This document shows positions 26,386 through 40,069 of a DNA stretch of 58,076 nt, one piece after another. The notes under the pieces are model-generated. The model was given only the letters and a program-made list of their open reading frames with translations, was not told where the DNA came from and searched no databases. Position 1 is the first letter of the stretch. Every line of letters starts with the position of its first letter. Source of the stretch: Mizuhopecten yessoensis (Eukaryota). The stretch covers positions 327,007-385,082 of the forward strand of contig NW_018408763.1 of assembly GCF_002113885.1 (NCBI RefSeq). Direction: 5' to 3'. The translations under genes were made by a program, and so were the position numbers.

Positions 26386-28589
26386 CGTCTATCCTATCCT
26401 TCTTTTATGTTACATATGGTCTATTATATTCAGTTTATCTAACCGTTTATTGACGAAGGTGACTATCATCAAAACATGAATAGTAAATGAACAACTCGTG
26501 GATGAAACTTTTCATTAGATATTTATATCATGCAAACATGAAGACGTTTGAAGACATCATAAATATCTCACGTTTACATGTTAAAATCTGAACATTTTCG
26601 ATGACATTTTATGATTATAAGACGTGGTACCATTAAGCTCACTAGGAGCAGTAGAACTGGATTTAAGTTAGCAGTGTAAATGTGGCTCATCCTGAACACA
26701 CCAAAGAATGACAGGCCTACATGACGAGTCCTATCCTAAATTATTGATACGTCGTTTCCTGGTTTTTGTGTAAATCCAATATTTGTTCGACATTGGTGTG
26801 ATCCCCGGGAACTAGCTACACTTAAGCTTAACAACACCAGGTGGTAATTTCATTTCCCTCCTCATCTTTTCCCAGTGTCTGAGCGCAGTGTTTAACTTAA
26901 TACCCCCACAGATTGGGATAGGTTGGGCTGGATCAATACACAGGGAGAGTTGACAACCAAGATATAGGGTTGACAGGCAGTAAATCTCACAAATCTTCAC
27001 AGGAACCTATTATTCCAGAAGCAAGAACGTCTGATTACGGTAATCGGTTCTCGAGACTTATGGTTCCAGCTCTACCTCCTTCCGATATTTCGGGTAAATA
27101 GTGTCGGAAAAGTGTAAACATCCTCGTGATTTTTTTAAGTTTTTCCCATTTGTAGTTTAATTGTATACAATTATTGACTTGATGTGAGATGGCCATACAT
27201 TTTTACAAACACATTTAGTGTTGATGTATGATATCTCTGTAGGGTTCAGGTAGGAAAAGGTTCAGGTACTAAACAAGTTTTATTTATCTTTATTGTTTGA
27301 TCCTTAAAGAATTTTTTTATCTCAAAGTTCTCGAATTTCAAATTCAAAATTTGAAACTTAACAAACCGATATCAGTAAAAAAAAAAAATACCTACAGAAC
27401 AAAGTGAATTTTTTGGTAACATATTTTTCAGATACCACAAACATTTTAGGAAAAAAAACATGAAATACCTTCAGTACATCGTGATTGCTTTTGTTACCTG
27501 GTACATATTTTTCACCAGTAATTTTTTAGTAAAAAAAATATGAAATACCTTCAGATAAAAGTAATGTTTTGTTACAAATTCAAACCAATTTTTCACCATT
27601 AACTCATATTAATATATCATATAATTGATTTAAAATTTAAAAAAAAAAAAAATGTTCCGGTCTGATCTGATGAATCTTCTTCTTACTTTAGCAATGTAAA
27701 GCACAACCAGCAGATAACGCAAAAAACAATACATAGAATAAACGAGAATGATGAAGCAGTTTAAGTATAATACAGTGTATTACATCACGTCTGGTCCGGT
27801 CCTCATTCTGATACGCTGTAACACTACAATACGGTTTGACTCCTATGTGCCATTTTTATTGTACTTTCATCAATGAGTTTCCCACTAAATTTTAGGTTCT
27901 TGTAATCGTGAGGCTGTAAAATGTACTTTAAAACAAAACGTTTTTACACTGATGGGATAAATTCACTGTCAACACTTACTCTTTAGTACAGTCGCGTACT
28001 CTAACAAAAAAGTATACAAAACAAAAGTCATTTCTAAACTAATCTACTTCGATAAGTATATTTCATCGTCAGAGACACAAAAACCTTCCCATGATGCTGG
28101 GTGGTTTTTTTCAGAGTACTCCATTAATTGTCTACCTCACCGAGATGGCAGCTCGGCAGTGGTATAGATGGAAATAAGTACAATCGGCAGGCTATACATA
28201 TCCTCCGGGTTTAATTGGAAAAAATGGGCAGAGGTGCTGGTGACTAGGGTTCCGTGTCTGATACGGAGCTGTAACAACAGACCACAGCATCATCAATAAT
28301 CCGATGGCCATTTGTGATAGAATATTTCTACATGCGACAGTAGGTTGAGCCCGTTGGGGTGTATCTACGGGACATAAAACGGCCATTTTATTTGTATCTG
28401 CAAGTCAGATGGCTTCTTTTTAATTAAATTAACCCCATCCGATGTTCTGTACAACACAAACTAATATCAGCAATTGTACACGAATATCACGTAGCCACCG
28501 ATTATTGGGTCCGGTTCAACTCTTATGGCCGAGAGGTGAACGGAGAGTGTAGCAATACCATATATAGAATAACATATGACAGAGAGGCT

Positions 28590-29025
28590 GAGAGGCGATC
28601 GTCAGATACTGTTACTATATATAGACATAGTTTGGAGTGAGAGGCGGCCATTAGGTACTGTTACTATATATAGACATAGTTTGGAGTGAGAGGCGGCCAT
28701 CAGGTACCGTTACTATATAGACATAGTTTGTAGTGAGAGGCGGCCGTCCGGTACTGTTACTATATATAGACATAGTTTGGAGTGAGAGGCGGCCGTCCGG
28801 TACCGTTACTATATAGACATAGTTTGGAGCGAGAGGCGGCCTTCCGGTACCGTTACTATAAATAGACATAGTTTTGGAGTGAGAGGTGGCCGTCCGGTAC
28901 CGTTACTATAAATAGACATAGTTTGGAGTGAGAGGCGGCCGTCCGGTACTGTTACTATATATAGACATAGTTTGGAGTGAGAGGCGGCTATCAGGTACCG
29001 TTACTATATATAGACATAGTTTGGA
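28590..29025. repeat. 47-49-bp minisatellite, ~9 copies
   Basis: gagaggcggccgtccggtac(t/c)gttactata(ta)tagacatagtttggagt. Confidence 0.95.
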
Positions 29026-29280
29026 TTGAGAAATCAATGAATACACTTTGACATATTCAAATTTGAAATTAACTTCATTAACATAATGTTGAATCTTTGT
29101 TTTACATGTTTTTGTATATTAGGTCTCTCATGGAAATGAGTTAGGCTCTCTCAGTAAAACGCAAAAGAACCAACTCAAGGCATTAATATTTGTGCAAAAC
29201 AAAAATTGAGTATAGATCGGGTTGTGATTTTAAGATATACCTGACTATTTAAATATAAATATGATGTCACCAAAACATGA

Positions 29281-29371
29281 TTCACTTATTCACCCCTACA
29301 TATTTAAACTGGATTTGCCCAGTCTTTGATTTGGTATGTTTCAAATGTGACTTTAGGGGTAAATAGGTTCA
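29281..29371. mobile_element. 83-bp hairpin MITE, subfamily B (degenerate ends)
   Basis: cttattcacccctacatatttaaactggatttgcccagtctttgatttgg...tttaggggtaaatagg. Confidence 0.8.
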
Positions 29372-31630
29372 GAATTGAAGAGAAAATTCTAGTTATACTG
29401 TCTTTCCTTAGGCTGCCGATTTTCTATTTAGCCTAATTCTAGGTGTTGCTTTATCAAAATCTCTAGGGTATCTAAGGCACGCCTCTTGACCAATGGTCAA
29501 TAACAAATCTATGGTCAATCTAAGGTTTGGTTGAGGACCATCAGATTAGTCCCATTAGGGATGTATCATTGCTTGACCATTAGAGATATCTTGTCACTTG
29601 ACCATTAGGATTTTAGTCGCTTGACCAGACTTGACCTCTGAGACTCCTGTTTGCTTGACATTTCAACTTTAGACCACTTGACCACAGAAACTACATGCAA
29701 ATTTTACAATGGCCAATTGAAATTATTGTTTAACTAGTGGTGACACTGTCAATTGAACACAATATTTAGTAGGTGACGGTGAGCTTTATCAATTGTTTCC
29801 TTATCTAGATAAAACCTTGACTTTTCCAAATGAATTTTAAATCAAAAATATTTGTGAATATTAACCGAAAAAAACCTAACTTTCCTAATAATTTTTGAAG
29901 TCTAAAATTCCACGATATTCACTCAATATCAGTTTCCATTGTATATATATACATCTATCAGTAAAACAACAGTTATTGATGGATTCTTATATTATTTATA
30001 TATATATCTATAGCATTTATATATATATTCTAAATAGTACTAATTCACATTTAATATAATTTTCCTAGGATGTTCATTATTATGAGATTATAAAATAAAA
30101 AATAAAATCTCCTCTATCGTGTTATTAATAAATTAATGAAGACAACTGTATGATTATACTATTAATTCATTAATGATCCACTAATCTGTTATAATGGGGT
30201 GTCTGAGATATTTATTTTGCCTCAACTCAAAGATAATGACAAGATTACGAGGTAACGATTCGGCTGGTTACCCAACATCACTTAACACCTTTAAAACCTG
30301 TCTAGTAATCAAGTAAATTTCTATCATCCCACAAATTCTGTTAATGGTTTTACAAATTATTTATTATGTTGAACTTTTTAGAGCAAGTCTGAACGTCTTT
30401 TCTAAACGACGTAATATTTACATTAGACATGAAAAAAATATGTCTACTCCCATTTCTAAACAATATCAAGGATTATACAATCACGTTTATGTGGTTTTCA
30501 ATTAAGAAGAGCTCTTCACTCATATTGAGAACTCTCCTGAAGAGAAACAACATTTGGTGGATAGCCTTAAATCAACAGAACACATCTAATTTAGACAGTA
30601 AAACACATACGTACACCTGAAATCTAAATACTCTGTAAAACAGCCCGCAGCGGAAAAACTCTTAATCAAACAATAAACTTGACTCAAGTAGTTTTCATAT
30701 GCCATCCATATTTCTGATGTAACTAAGTGAGGATTGGTCTAGTTCAACGAGGTAAACCCATTAAACGATTATTTTCCACTCCAGCTTTTTCGTCAATGGA
30801 TCCCATTTTTCACCGCCTAGTGTCAACATCATTCATAACCCTATGATTAGGTAACTCGTATAATCAGGCATGCGTCCCTGTTTTACCTAATGTCTGCTTC
30901 CTGTATTCAATAACCAGGAATTGTGCGGAACATTTCAAGAGATAAAATAAGGGGCTCACAGCCCTGATGATGGTGATAAAGACAGTTGTATATACAAGAG
31001 GTCCATGTATTTACTGCAAGCTGTTAACTGATACAACAATTAACTGTAATACACCCCAAACATCTTACATCATCATTCTCCGACGACGACACGATCACAC
31101 ACTCAAACCTGTCAGCTTAACATCGATATAAATTGCAACATGTTTTTTTGTATCTTCAAGCTAACAATTCTTTAAATATTTTCAGGATGAACAACGAAGT
31201 ATGAAATTCACTTAATACTTGTATAAATTATGATGTTGCAACCTAACAATGCTTTGCATATTTTGAAAGCGAATGGTAAGGCATCAGATATCACTCTTGT
31301 TAGCTTAATATGTGTATAACTTGAATGGATGTTGTACCTACAATGAGATATCTTTCATTTTTATTATATCGTCAAGTTGACAATTCTTCCAAACATTATC
31401 AAAATGATAAACAAGGTATGACATTTCACTAGTCAGCTTCGCATCCTGTATTGACACTACCTACTTTTAGACATTCTTCAATCTAACAATGCTTTTAAAC
31501 ACCATCAAATCAAATGATCTGATTTTCATTCTTTTAAATGAAAAATATGCTACAAAAAAAAAAAAAAAAAAAAAAAAAGTTTAAAGTTACTGAGGCATTG
31601 CAGAGTTTATTAGAAACTTATAACTAGTTA

Positions 31631-31725
31631 TTAACTCATTCACCCCTGACGACACAATTGGACTCTTCCAATTCAAAGGTTGGAAAAGTTCATTATGAAA
31701 TTTCAGTGGTGAGTGAAGGAGTTAA
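31631..31725. mobile_element. TTAA hairpin MITE, subfamily A (reverse, 4-bp insertion)
   Basis: ttaactcattcacccctgacgacac...ttcagtggtgagtgaaggagttaa. Confidence 0.85.
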
Positions 31726-32000
31726 TTAAGTGGAGCTCTCTAGTATTTTAGTTTTCTGTAACTAGGCAACTAAATGTACAAAGTCTGCATCTTTACATTT
31801 TTGCACTCGGCATATGTGATATAAACAATTTTTATTTATCGTCCCTTACATCGAAGGGAACCAATATTATATAACTTCTGATTGGTTAATGATAGACAGC
31901 CGAAAGTGCTCAAAGAAAATCTGCTGCATGCCTGAAATTGTTCTCGGTAACAAAGAGCTACAAAATATTGCAGTATTGTTTTCGTTTAAGTATGACTGGG

Positions 32001-32091
32001 TTAATTCATTCACCCCTGAAATTTCATAATGAACTATTCCAACCTTTGAATTGGAAGAGTTCAAATGTGTCTTTAGGGGTGCATGAGTTAA
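32001..32091. mobile_element. 83-bp TTAA hairpin MITE, subfamily A
   Basis: ttaattcattcacccctgaaatttcataatgaactattccaacctttgaattggaagagttcaaatgtgtctttaggggtgcatgagttaa. Confidence 0.92.
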
Positions 32092-32696
32092 AGCCCCCGT
32101 CATTATCGCAGGGCTATATGACTTTATTCATATACAAATTCAAGATATTTCAGGATAAATTAAGCAACTCAAATATACTCGCCTCGACTTTCATTACAAT
32201 TTACTGACATACTGACATAGGACAGTAACCCAATCAGATGTTCATATTGTGTTTATCTGTCAGCTAGATAACTTTCAAACTTCAAAACAAAAGAGTTCCC
32301 ATGAGGGTTAGATAATCCATCCTTCCTTTCTATGTATCAGAAAGTGTTTTTATACATGTCTTTGATATAAGTTCCCCCGTCTGCCAAGCCTCAGTTATCA
32401 CCGTAGGTCTGTTACTGTGTAGTACCTCACAACAGACAGACAGACTTACCGCATTTCAAAAACTGATATCCATAACTAGTTAAGATTTCTATCTGCTGAT
32501 ACAATCTCAGTCATTGATCGAATTCTACGTGATGTCTGCAGAGTTCAGACATAATGAATAAGAAATTTATTCTGTACCACATGACTATAGGGGATCAATC
32601 TGGAGCCTTACTGGAGGTAATGTAAAGGTTCCTAAGGGAAATAACTCTTTTACTGTTAACTTTCAAAGTCACAGCAACCTACTTTGAAGAAGAGAT

Positions 32697-32757
32697 ATTC
32701 ACCCCAATTCAAAGGTTGGAATAGTTTATTATGAAATTTCAGGGGTGAATGAGTTAA
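32697..32757. mobile_element. Internally deleted subfamily A MITE (reverse)
   Basis: attcacccc joined directly to aattcaaaggttggaatag...ttcaggggtgaatgagttaa. Confidence 0.8.
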
Positions 32758-32811
32758 AAATTTTAAAAGAACTTGTACAAGTACTTGTAATAATAAATCT
32801 TGTAATATCAG

Positions 32812-33151
32812 ATCCATGGTAACGGACAGCAGTGACCTACTTTGTACCATATCCATGGTAACGGACAGCAGTGACCTACTTTGTACCATATCCATGGTAA
32901 CGGACAGCAGTGACCTACTTTGTACCAGATCTATGGTAACGGACAGCAGTGACCTATTTTGTACCATATCCATGGACACAGACAGCAGTGATCTACTTTG
33001 TACCATATCCATGGTAACAAACAGCAGTGACCTACTTTGTATCAGATCCTTGGTAACAAACAGCAGTGACCTACTTTGTACTAGATCCATGGTAACAGAC
33101 AGCTGAGACCTACTTTGTACCAGATCCATGGTAACAGACAGCAGTGACCTA
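32812..33151. repeat. 39-bp minisatellite, ~9 copies
   Basis: tccatggtaacggacagcagtgacctactttgtaccata. Confidence 0.95.
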
Positions 33152-33309
33152 GATATCTACTCTGTACCCCTCTTATACACAGCCGTTGTACAGTACCAAT
33201 CAGCCCCTATCGTTCATGACAGCAAAGTCCACTTACCTACAAAGACAAAAAAGATCAAGAACATTAGTTTCATTGAAATACTGTATGTTTGGGACATGGT
33301 TATACTATA

Positions 33310-35248
33310 TATTGGTGACATCATGATTATACAACATAATCATGATGTCATAATTATAAAAACAAAATTGTGACATCATGATCGTACAACATAATCGTGA
33401 AATCATGATCGTATAACAAAATTGTGGCTTCCTGATTACAGAGCATAATTGTGATTTCATGATTATACGACAAAGTCGTAACGTCAGAACACTACAAGAT
33501 ATCTGTGATGTCATAATTATACAACCTCAGTGACTTCATGATTACAGTAGATATCTGTGATGTCATGATTACAGCAGATATCTGTGATGTCATAATTATA
33601 CAACCTCAGTGACTTCATGATTATAGTAGATATCTGTCATGTCATGATTATACAACCTCAATGACTTCATGATTATAGTAGATATCAGTGATGTCATGAT
33701 TACAGTAGATATCTGTTATGTCATTACAGTAGATATCTGTGATGTCATGATTACAGCAGATATCTGTGATGTCATGATTACAGTAGCTATCTGTGATGGC
33801 ATGATGACAGTAGATATCTGTTATGTCATGATCATAGTAGATATCTGTGATGTCATGATTACAGCAGATATCTCTGATGTCATAATTATACAACCTCAGT
33901 GAATTCATGATTACAGTAGATATCTGTGATGTTATGATTATACAACCTCAGTGACTTCATGATTATAGTAGATATCTGTGATGTAATGATTACAGTAGAT
34001 ATCTGTGATGTCATGATTACAGCAGATATCTCTGATGTCATAATTATACAACCTCAGTGACTTCATGATTATAGTAGATATCTGTGATGTAATGATTACA
34101 GTAGATATCTGTGATGTCACAGATAACAGTAGATATCTGTGATGACATGCTTACAGTAGATATCTGTGATGTCATGATAACAGTAGATATCTGTAATGCC
34201 ATGATTACAGTAGATATCTGTTATGTCATGATTATAGAGATATCTGTGATGTCATGATTATAGTAAATATCTGTGATGTCATGATGAAAGTAGATATCTG
34301 TAATATCATGAAGACAGTAGATATCTGTGATGTCATGATTCCAGCAGATATCTGTGATGTCATAATTATACACCCTCAGTGACTTCATGATTACAGTAGA
34401 TATCAGTGATGTCATGATTATACAACCTCAGTGACTTCATGATTACAGTTGATATCTGTTATGCCCTGATTACAGTAGATATCTGTGGTATCATGATTAC
34501 AGTAGATATCTGTGATGTCACAGATAACAGTAGATATCTGTGATGACATGATTACAGCAGATATCTGTGATGTCATGATTACAGTAGCTATCTGTGATGG
34601 CATGATGACAGTAGATATCTGTTATGTCATGATCATAGTAGATATCTGTGATGTCATGATTATTCAACCTCAGTGACTTCATGATTACAGTTGATATCTG
34701 TTATGTCATGATTACAGTAGATATCTGTGATGACATGATTACAGTATATATCTGTGATGACATGATTACAGTAGATATCGGTGATGTCATGATTACAGTA
34801 GATATCTGTGATGTTATGATTATACAACCTCAGTGACTTCATGATTATAGTAGATATCTGTGATGTCATGATTATAGTAGATATCTGTGATGTCATGATG
34901 AAAGTAGATATCTGTAATATCATGATGACAGTAGATATCTGTGATGTCATGATTATACAACCTCAGTGACTTCATGATTACAGTAGATATCAGTGATGTC
35001 ATGATTATACAACCTCAGTGACTTCATGATTACAGTTGATATCTGTTATGTCATGATTACAGTAGATATCTGTGGTATCATGATTACAGTAGATATCTGT
35101 GATGTCATGATGACAGTAGATATCTGTGATATCATGATGACAGTAGATATCTGTGATGTCATGCTTACAGTAGATATCTGTGATGTCATGATTACAGTAG
35201 ATATCTGTGATGTCATGATTACAGTAGATATCTGTGATGTCATGATTA
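33310..35248. repeat. 27-bp satellite with an interspersed 25-bp variant and a degenerate left flank
   Basis: atgattacagtagatatctgtgatgtc punctuated by at(a/g)attatacaacctcagtgacttc. Confidence 0.95.
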
Positions 35249-35480
35249 GTTTAGATGATACTGTCATTAGTGCTTTAGTTCTGTGGGGTAAAACTTTTGC
35301 ACATTTGTTAATAATCCAAAGTCTTACTAACTCTTCACAATTAAGATAAACAGATTCACAACAGATTCCTGACCTGCATATTTTGCGTATTTTTTTAAAC
35401 TGCAAACTTAGAAATAAATACAGCTTCTTATGACAGCTCTCCTGCGGTTTATAGATCAGAACCAATACTAATTTTAGTCC

Positions 35481-35570
35481 TTAACTCATTCACCCCTACA
35501 TATCTAAACTGGACTTGCCCAGTCATTGATTTGGTGAGATTCAAATGTGACTTTAGGGGTGAATGATACA
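35481..35570. mobile_element. 83-bp hairpin MITE, subfamily B
   Basis: ttaactcattcacccctacatatctaaactggacttgcccag...tttaggggtgaatga. Confidence 0.85.
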
Positions 35571-36721
35571 AGATTATCCTGTACTTTTGATAGATTTCCT
35601 TTGCTGTCTTGATATGAAGGATTCATAACTGGCATTTTTTTAGGCAGCAAACTTAGCAAAAATACTTCAACTCCTAATAACAGCTTTATTGCAGTTTGTA
35701 AATCAGAAACTTCACTAACTTTAGGCCTGAAACAAGCAATTCATTTAGACTTGATAGCCTCCCTGCGTATTGTTTTGATAGGGAGAAGATTTCTCCAGGA
35801 GTTTTGCTCTACATGAAAATGTCTATACAAAACTTTAATGGAATCAGATCAAAAGAATGCAATATTAATCAACATTGAAAGGCCGGCGTTCGTGTAGCAT
35901 GATAGCAGACGGACAAAAATAGCCAAGTTCTCTTGGAACCTCGAATTTCAAAGAAAACCTGAGGTGGGTACCGAGTACAAAACCTCAATGTAACAAGCTT
36001 TAGAGATTTTGTTAAAGAATTACATTATCCACACAAACCTACAAACAAGCCACAGAGACCATGAGAGGATGGCAAGTCTCTAAGTCTGAGGTTCGTCTTA
36101 GTTCCGTATTTTCTGATCTATCTGTTCAGGTCTGTTCACAGGTATCAGACAACTTTGTTTGTTTTCTATGTTTGCCGTGCATGCCAAAAAAAACACCTTG
36201 CAAACAAACGGAAAAAAAGGCTAACACATATCATCGTAATAGGTCTGTAGATTCCTATTCGTACGATGTTAGCGACAGACGCCTGGATATTTGAAGTACA
36301 TTATAAGCATCGCAATGCCTGTACATGCAATAGTACTTTCTGGGGATTTATTTCAGTCTTTGACATGAAATTGAAGCAAACAAAACGCAAATACATACAA
36401 AAACGGCCAATATCATCTGTAAGTCTAGGTTTCCTGTCCAAGCGTTGATCATACCTTGTTGGACGTTTGAAGAACTTAGAAACCTGTGGCTCTACATACG
36501 TGGCCATTATGGGTTGTATTACAGCATTTTGACATGCAAATAAAAACTAATTTCACGTTGCATCATTTTCACATGTAAATGTTACACGATGCCGTCATTT
36601 CCAGGCCGCAGATTTCTATGTACATGGTCATTATGTTTCCATCACTGTGTGACACACACGTCTCATACTTCAGCTATATTGTTCTGTGATTTATTCACAA
36701 ACTATTTAGTCTGTAAGGTTT

Positions 36722-36812
36722 TTAACTTTTTCACCCCTGAAAACACATTTGAACTCTTCCAATGCAAAGGTTGGAATAGTTCATTATGAAATTTCAAGGG
36801 TGAATATGTTAA
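36722..36812. mobile_element. 83-bp TTAA hairpin MITE, subfamily A (reverse)
   Basis: ttaactttttcacccctgaaaacacatttgaactc...ttcaagggtgaatatgttaa. Confidence 0.88.
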
Positions 36813-36917
36813 TACACTTTAACTCCAGACTAACATTCCTTAACCATAAAACATTGCAACAGAGAGTATAAATCGAGTTCTGATCAATACAGCTTTTTAA
36901 AATGAGAAAGAATATCA

Positions 36918-38218
36918 GAATTCAGTCAGGGCAACAAGGAATCAGTCAGGGCAACAAGGAATCAGTCAGGGCAACAAGGAATCAGTCAGGGCAACAAGGA
37001 ATCAGTCAGTACAACAAGGAATCAGTCAGGGCAACAGGGAATAAGTCAGTACAACAAGGAATCAGTCAGGGCAACAAGGAATCAGGCAGGGGCAACAAGG
37101 AATCAGTCAGTACAACCAGGAATCAGTCAGGGCAACAAGGAATCAGGCAGGGGCAACAAGGAATCAGTCAGTACAACCAGGAATCAGTCAGGGCAACAAG
37201 GAATCAGTCAGTGCAACAAGGAATCAGTCAGGGCAACAAGGAATCAGTCTGGGCAACAAGGAATCAGTCAGGGGCAACAAGGAATAAGTCAGTACAACAA
37301 GGAATCAGTCGGGGCAACAAGGAATCAGTCAGTACAACAAGAAATCAGTCAGGACAACAAGGAATCAGTCAGTACAACAAGAAATCAGTCAGGACAACAA
37401 GGAATCAGTCAGGACAACAAGGAATCAGTCAGTACAACAAGAAATCAGTCAGGACAACAAGGAATCAGTCAGGACAACAAGGAATCAGTCAGGACAACAA
37501 GGAATCAGTCAGTACAACAAGGAATCACTCAGTACAACAAGGAACCAGTCAGTACAACAAGGAATCAGTCAGGTAAACAAGGAATCAGTCAGGACAACAA
37601 GGAATCAGTCAGGACAACAAGGAATCAGTCAGGGCAACAAGGAATCAGGCAGTACAACAAGGAATCAGGCAGGGCAACAAGGAATCAGTCAGGGCAACCA
37701 AGAATCAGTCAGGGCAACAAGGGATCAGTCAGGGCAACAAGGAATCAGTCAGTGCAACAAGGAATCAGTCAGGTCAACAAGGAATCAGTCAGTCCAACAA
37801 GGAATCAGTCAGTACGACAAGGAATCAGTCAGGGAAACAAGGAATCAGTCAGGGGCAACAAGGAATAAGTCAGTACAACAAGGAATCAGTCGGGGCAACA
37901 AGGAATCAGTCAGTACAACAAGAAATCAGTCAGGACAACAAGGAATCAGTCAGTACAACAAGAAATCAGTCAGGACAACAAGGAATCAGTCAGTACAACA
38001 AGAAATCAGTCAGGACAACAAGGAATCAGTCAGGACAACAAGGAATCAGTCAGTACAACAAGGAATCAGTCAGGTCAACAAGGAATCAGTCAGTACAACA
38101 AGGCATCAGTCAGTACGACAAGGAATCAGTCAGGGCAACAAGGAATCAGTCAGTACAACAAGGAATCAGTCAGGGCAACAAGGAATCAGTCAGGGCAACA
38201 AGGAATCAATCAGGGCAA
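36918..38218. repeat. 20-bp minisatellite, ~65 copies
   Basis: ggaatcagtcag(gg/ta/ga)caacaa. Confidence 0.97.
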
Positions 38219-38367
38219 GAAAGAAAAAAAAACATTTCATGAAGTTTCCCATTATAAACTGTTATATTTTTGTCATTTTTTAAACAAATAAGTGAGAGAG
38301 AAAAAATGAGTTTTATGCAAGTGAACTTTTGTTCAGTGTCACAATTCCTTCCACAAAGTGCATCCTT

Positions 38368-38826
38368 TTCCAGACAGTGATCTGAGCCCCTGGACATTCC
38401 AAACATTGATTTAACCACTTCTAAACATTTTCTACTCAAAACAATTATTTTTCAAAAAGATTCTTTCACACAGACTTTTTTTCTGAGTCCCTGGATATTC
38501 TTGACAGTAATTCCAGATAGTGTTATACTATTTTTTCCGGAGCCCCTGGATATTCCAGACAGTGATTTAATATTTTTGAGCGTCTCGTGTTCCAGACAGT
38601 GACTAAACTATTTTTGAGCGCCTCCTTTTCCAGACAGTGTTTTATTATTTTTGAGCATCTCCTATTCCAGACAGTGAAATTGACAATTTTTTAGCATCTC
38701 CTATTCCAGACAGTGTTTTACTATTTTTGAGCGCCTCCAATTCCAGACAGTGTTTTACTATTTTTGAGCGCCTCCTATTCCAGACAGTGTTTTACTAAAT
38801 TTGAGCGCCTCCTATTCCAGACAGTG
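38368..38826. repeat. ~37-bp tandem repeat, more homogeneous toward the right
   Basis: ttccagacagtgttttactatttttgagcgcctccta. Confidence 0.85.
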
Positions 38827-39763
38827 ATGTTGATAGTGCTACAGTAACTATCACTAGATTGTATCGTTAGACAGATCAGGATGATGGGAAGATAGGGACT
38901 GCAGATAACAGTCTCATTGGTATACGGACTAAAACATAATAGCATACAGGCCTTAGACTGTAATATCAAAGATTCGTATAAACAAGTAAAGTATCTTTCA
39001 AGTTTATTTGATTCTGACAACATCAGGAGAAAAATAAACGATAAATACGAAAAAAAACATTTTCCTACAATTTGATTCCAATATATGTTGTGGTATATCA
39101 TGATAAGTTCAAGATATAACTATCTTTTTATGAAATAACAGAAACTGAAAATCTAACAGATAGCAAAGATGAAAGACAGACAGATTCATTATAGAACCCG
39201 TACAATTCTGAATAAATCAAATAATATAGCGACCCTTTTAGCATACATCTCTCTGTGGTTCAATTTGTAGGAGTAAAGATCTGTTATTGCTATGAAATGT
39301 GTATCCATGGCAACATACTTATAATTTTGTCCTATTAGCAGAAATTCTCTCTCAATTATCAACTTCCCTTCACCCTTATCTCTAATGTGTAGTGACCCAG
39401 ACCCCGTAATTTCACAAATCTTTATTCCGCGACTGTACCAGATTATGATGTATGCATGCGAACCGAAGTCTTCCCCTTCCATGATATTTATTTCTTAAAT
39501 ATGTTTTTATTCTCCAAAATATATTTCAGTGCTGGACTTAAAAGTAATGATACCTTTATGGAGGGCAGTAATATATCTATAAGGAACATTGTTGTTAATA
39601 TATATTGAATGGCTGATTATTTTCTTTTCCCGCAAAACAAAGTGACAGGACTTTTGAGAAACTGATCTACAAAAGATACCAAGTGACTTATACTAATTTT
39701 AATATTAAGCCCTGGAGGTGGGGAGACAACACATAATCTCCGACTCCAAGTAGCCTGGCTATT

Positions 39764-39945
39764 CTGTCTTTGCATATTGCAGAGTTATCTTCTCTTGTGA
39801 GCAGGCATTGATTGTTACGTCATTGGTTTGTGAGAGTAACGTCATCAATTTTTGAGAAAACGACGTCATTTTCTCACACAAACCAATGACGTAACAATCA
39901 ATACCTGCTCACAAGAGAAGATAACTCTGCAATACGCAAAGACAG
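39764..39945. mobile_element. 182-bp foldback MITE with ~69-bp arms
   Basis: ctgtctttgcatattgcagagttatc...cattggtttgtg is the reverse complement of cacaaaccaatg...gataactctgcaatacgcaaagacag, with 2 mismatches. Confidence 0.9.
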
Positions 39946-39978
39946 TACAATGTAACAGTACTTGCTAATATTTCTTCT

Positions 39979-40069
39979 CTAACTCTTTCACCCCTAGGTA
40001 ACTTGAGTAGACTCTACCATACATTCATCTGGATGAGTCCACTATGATTTACAGTGGTGAAAGGGTTAA
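39979..40069. mobile_element. 83-bp hairpin MITE, subfamily C (reverse)
   Basis: Its reverse complement aligns without gaps to 54644-54734. Confidence 0.88.

Noticed and set aside
36902-37576. 224-aa Q/G/S-rich ORF resembling a structural repeat protein
   Set aside because: It is the translation of a 20-bp (non-triplet) minisatellite cycling through frames; the repeat continues past the stop.
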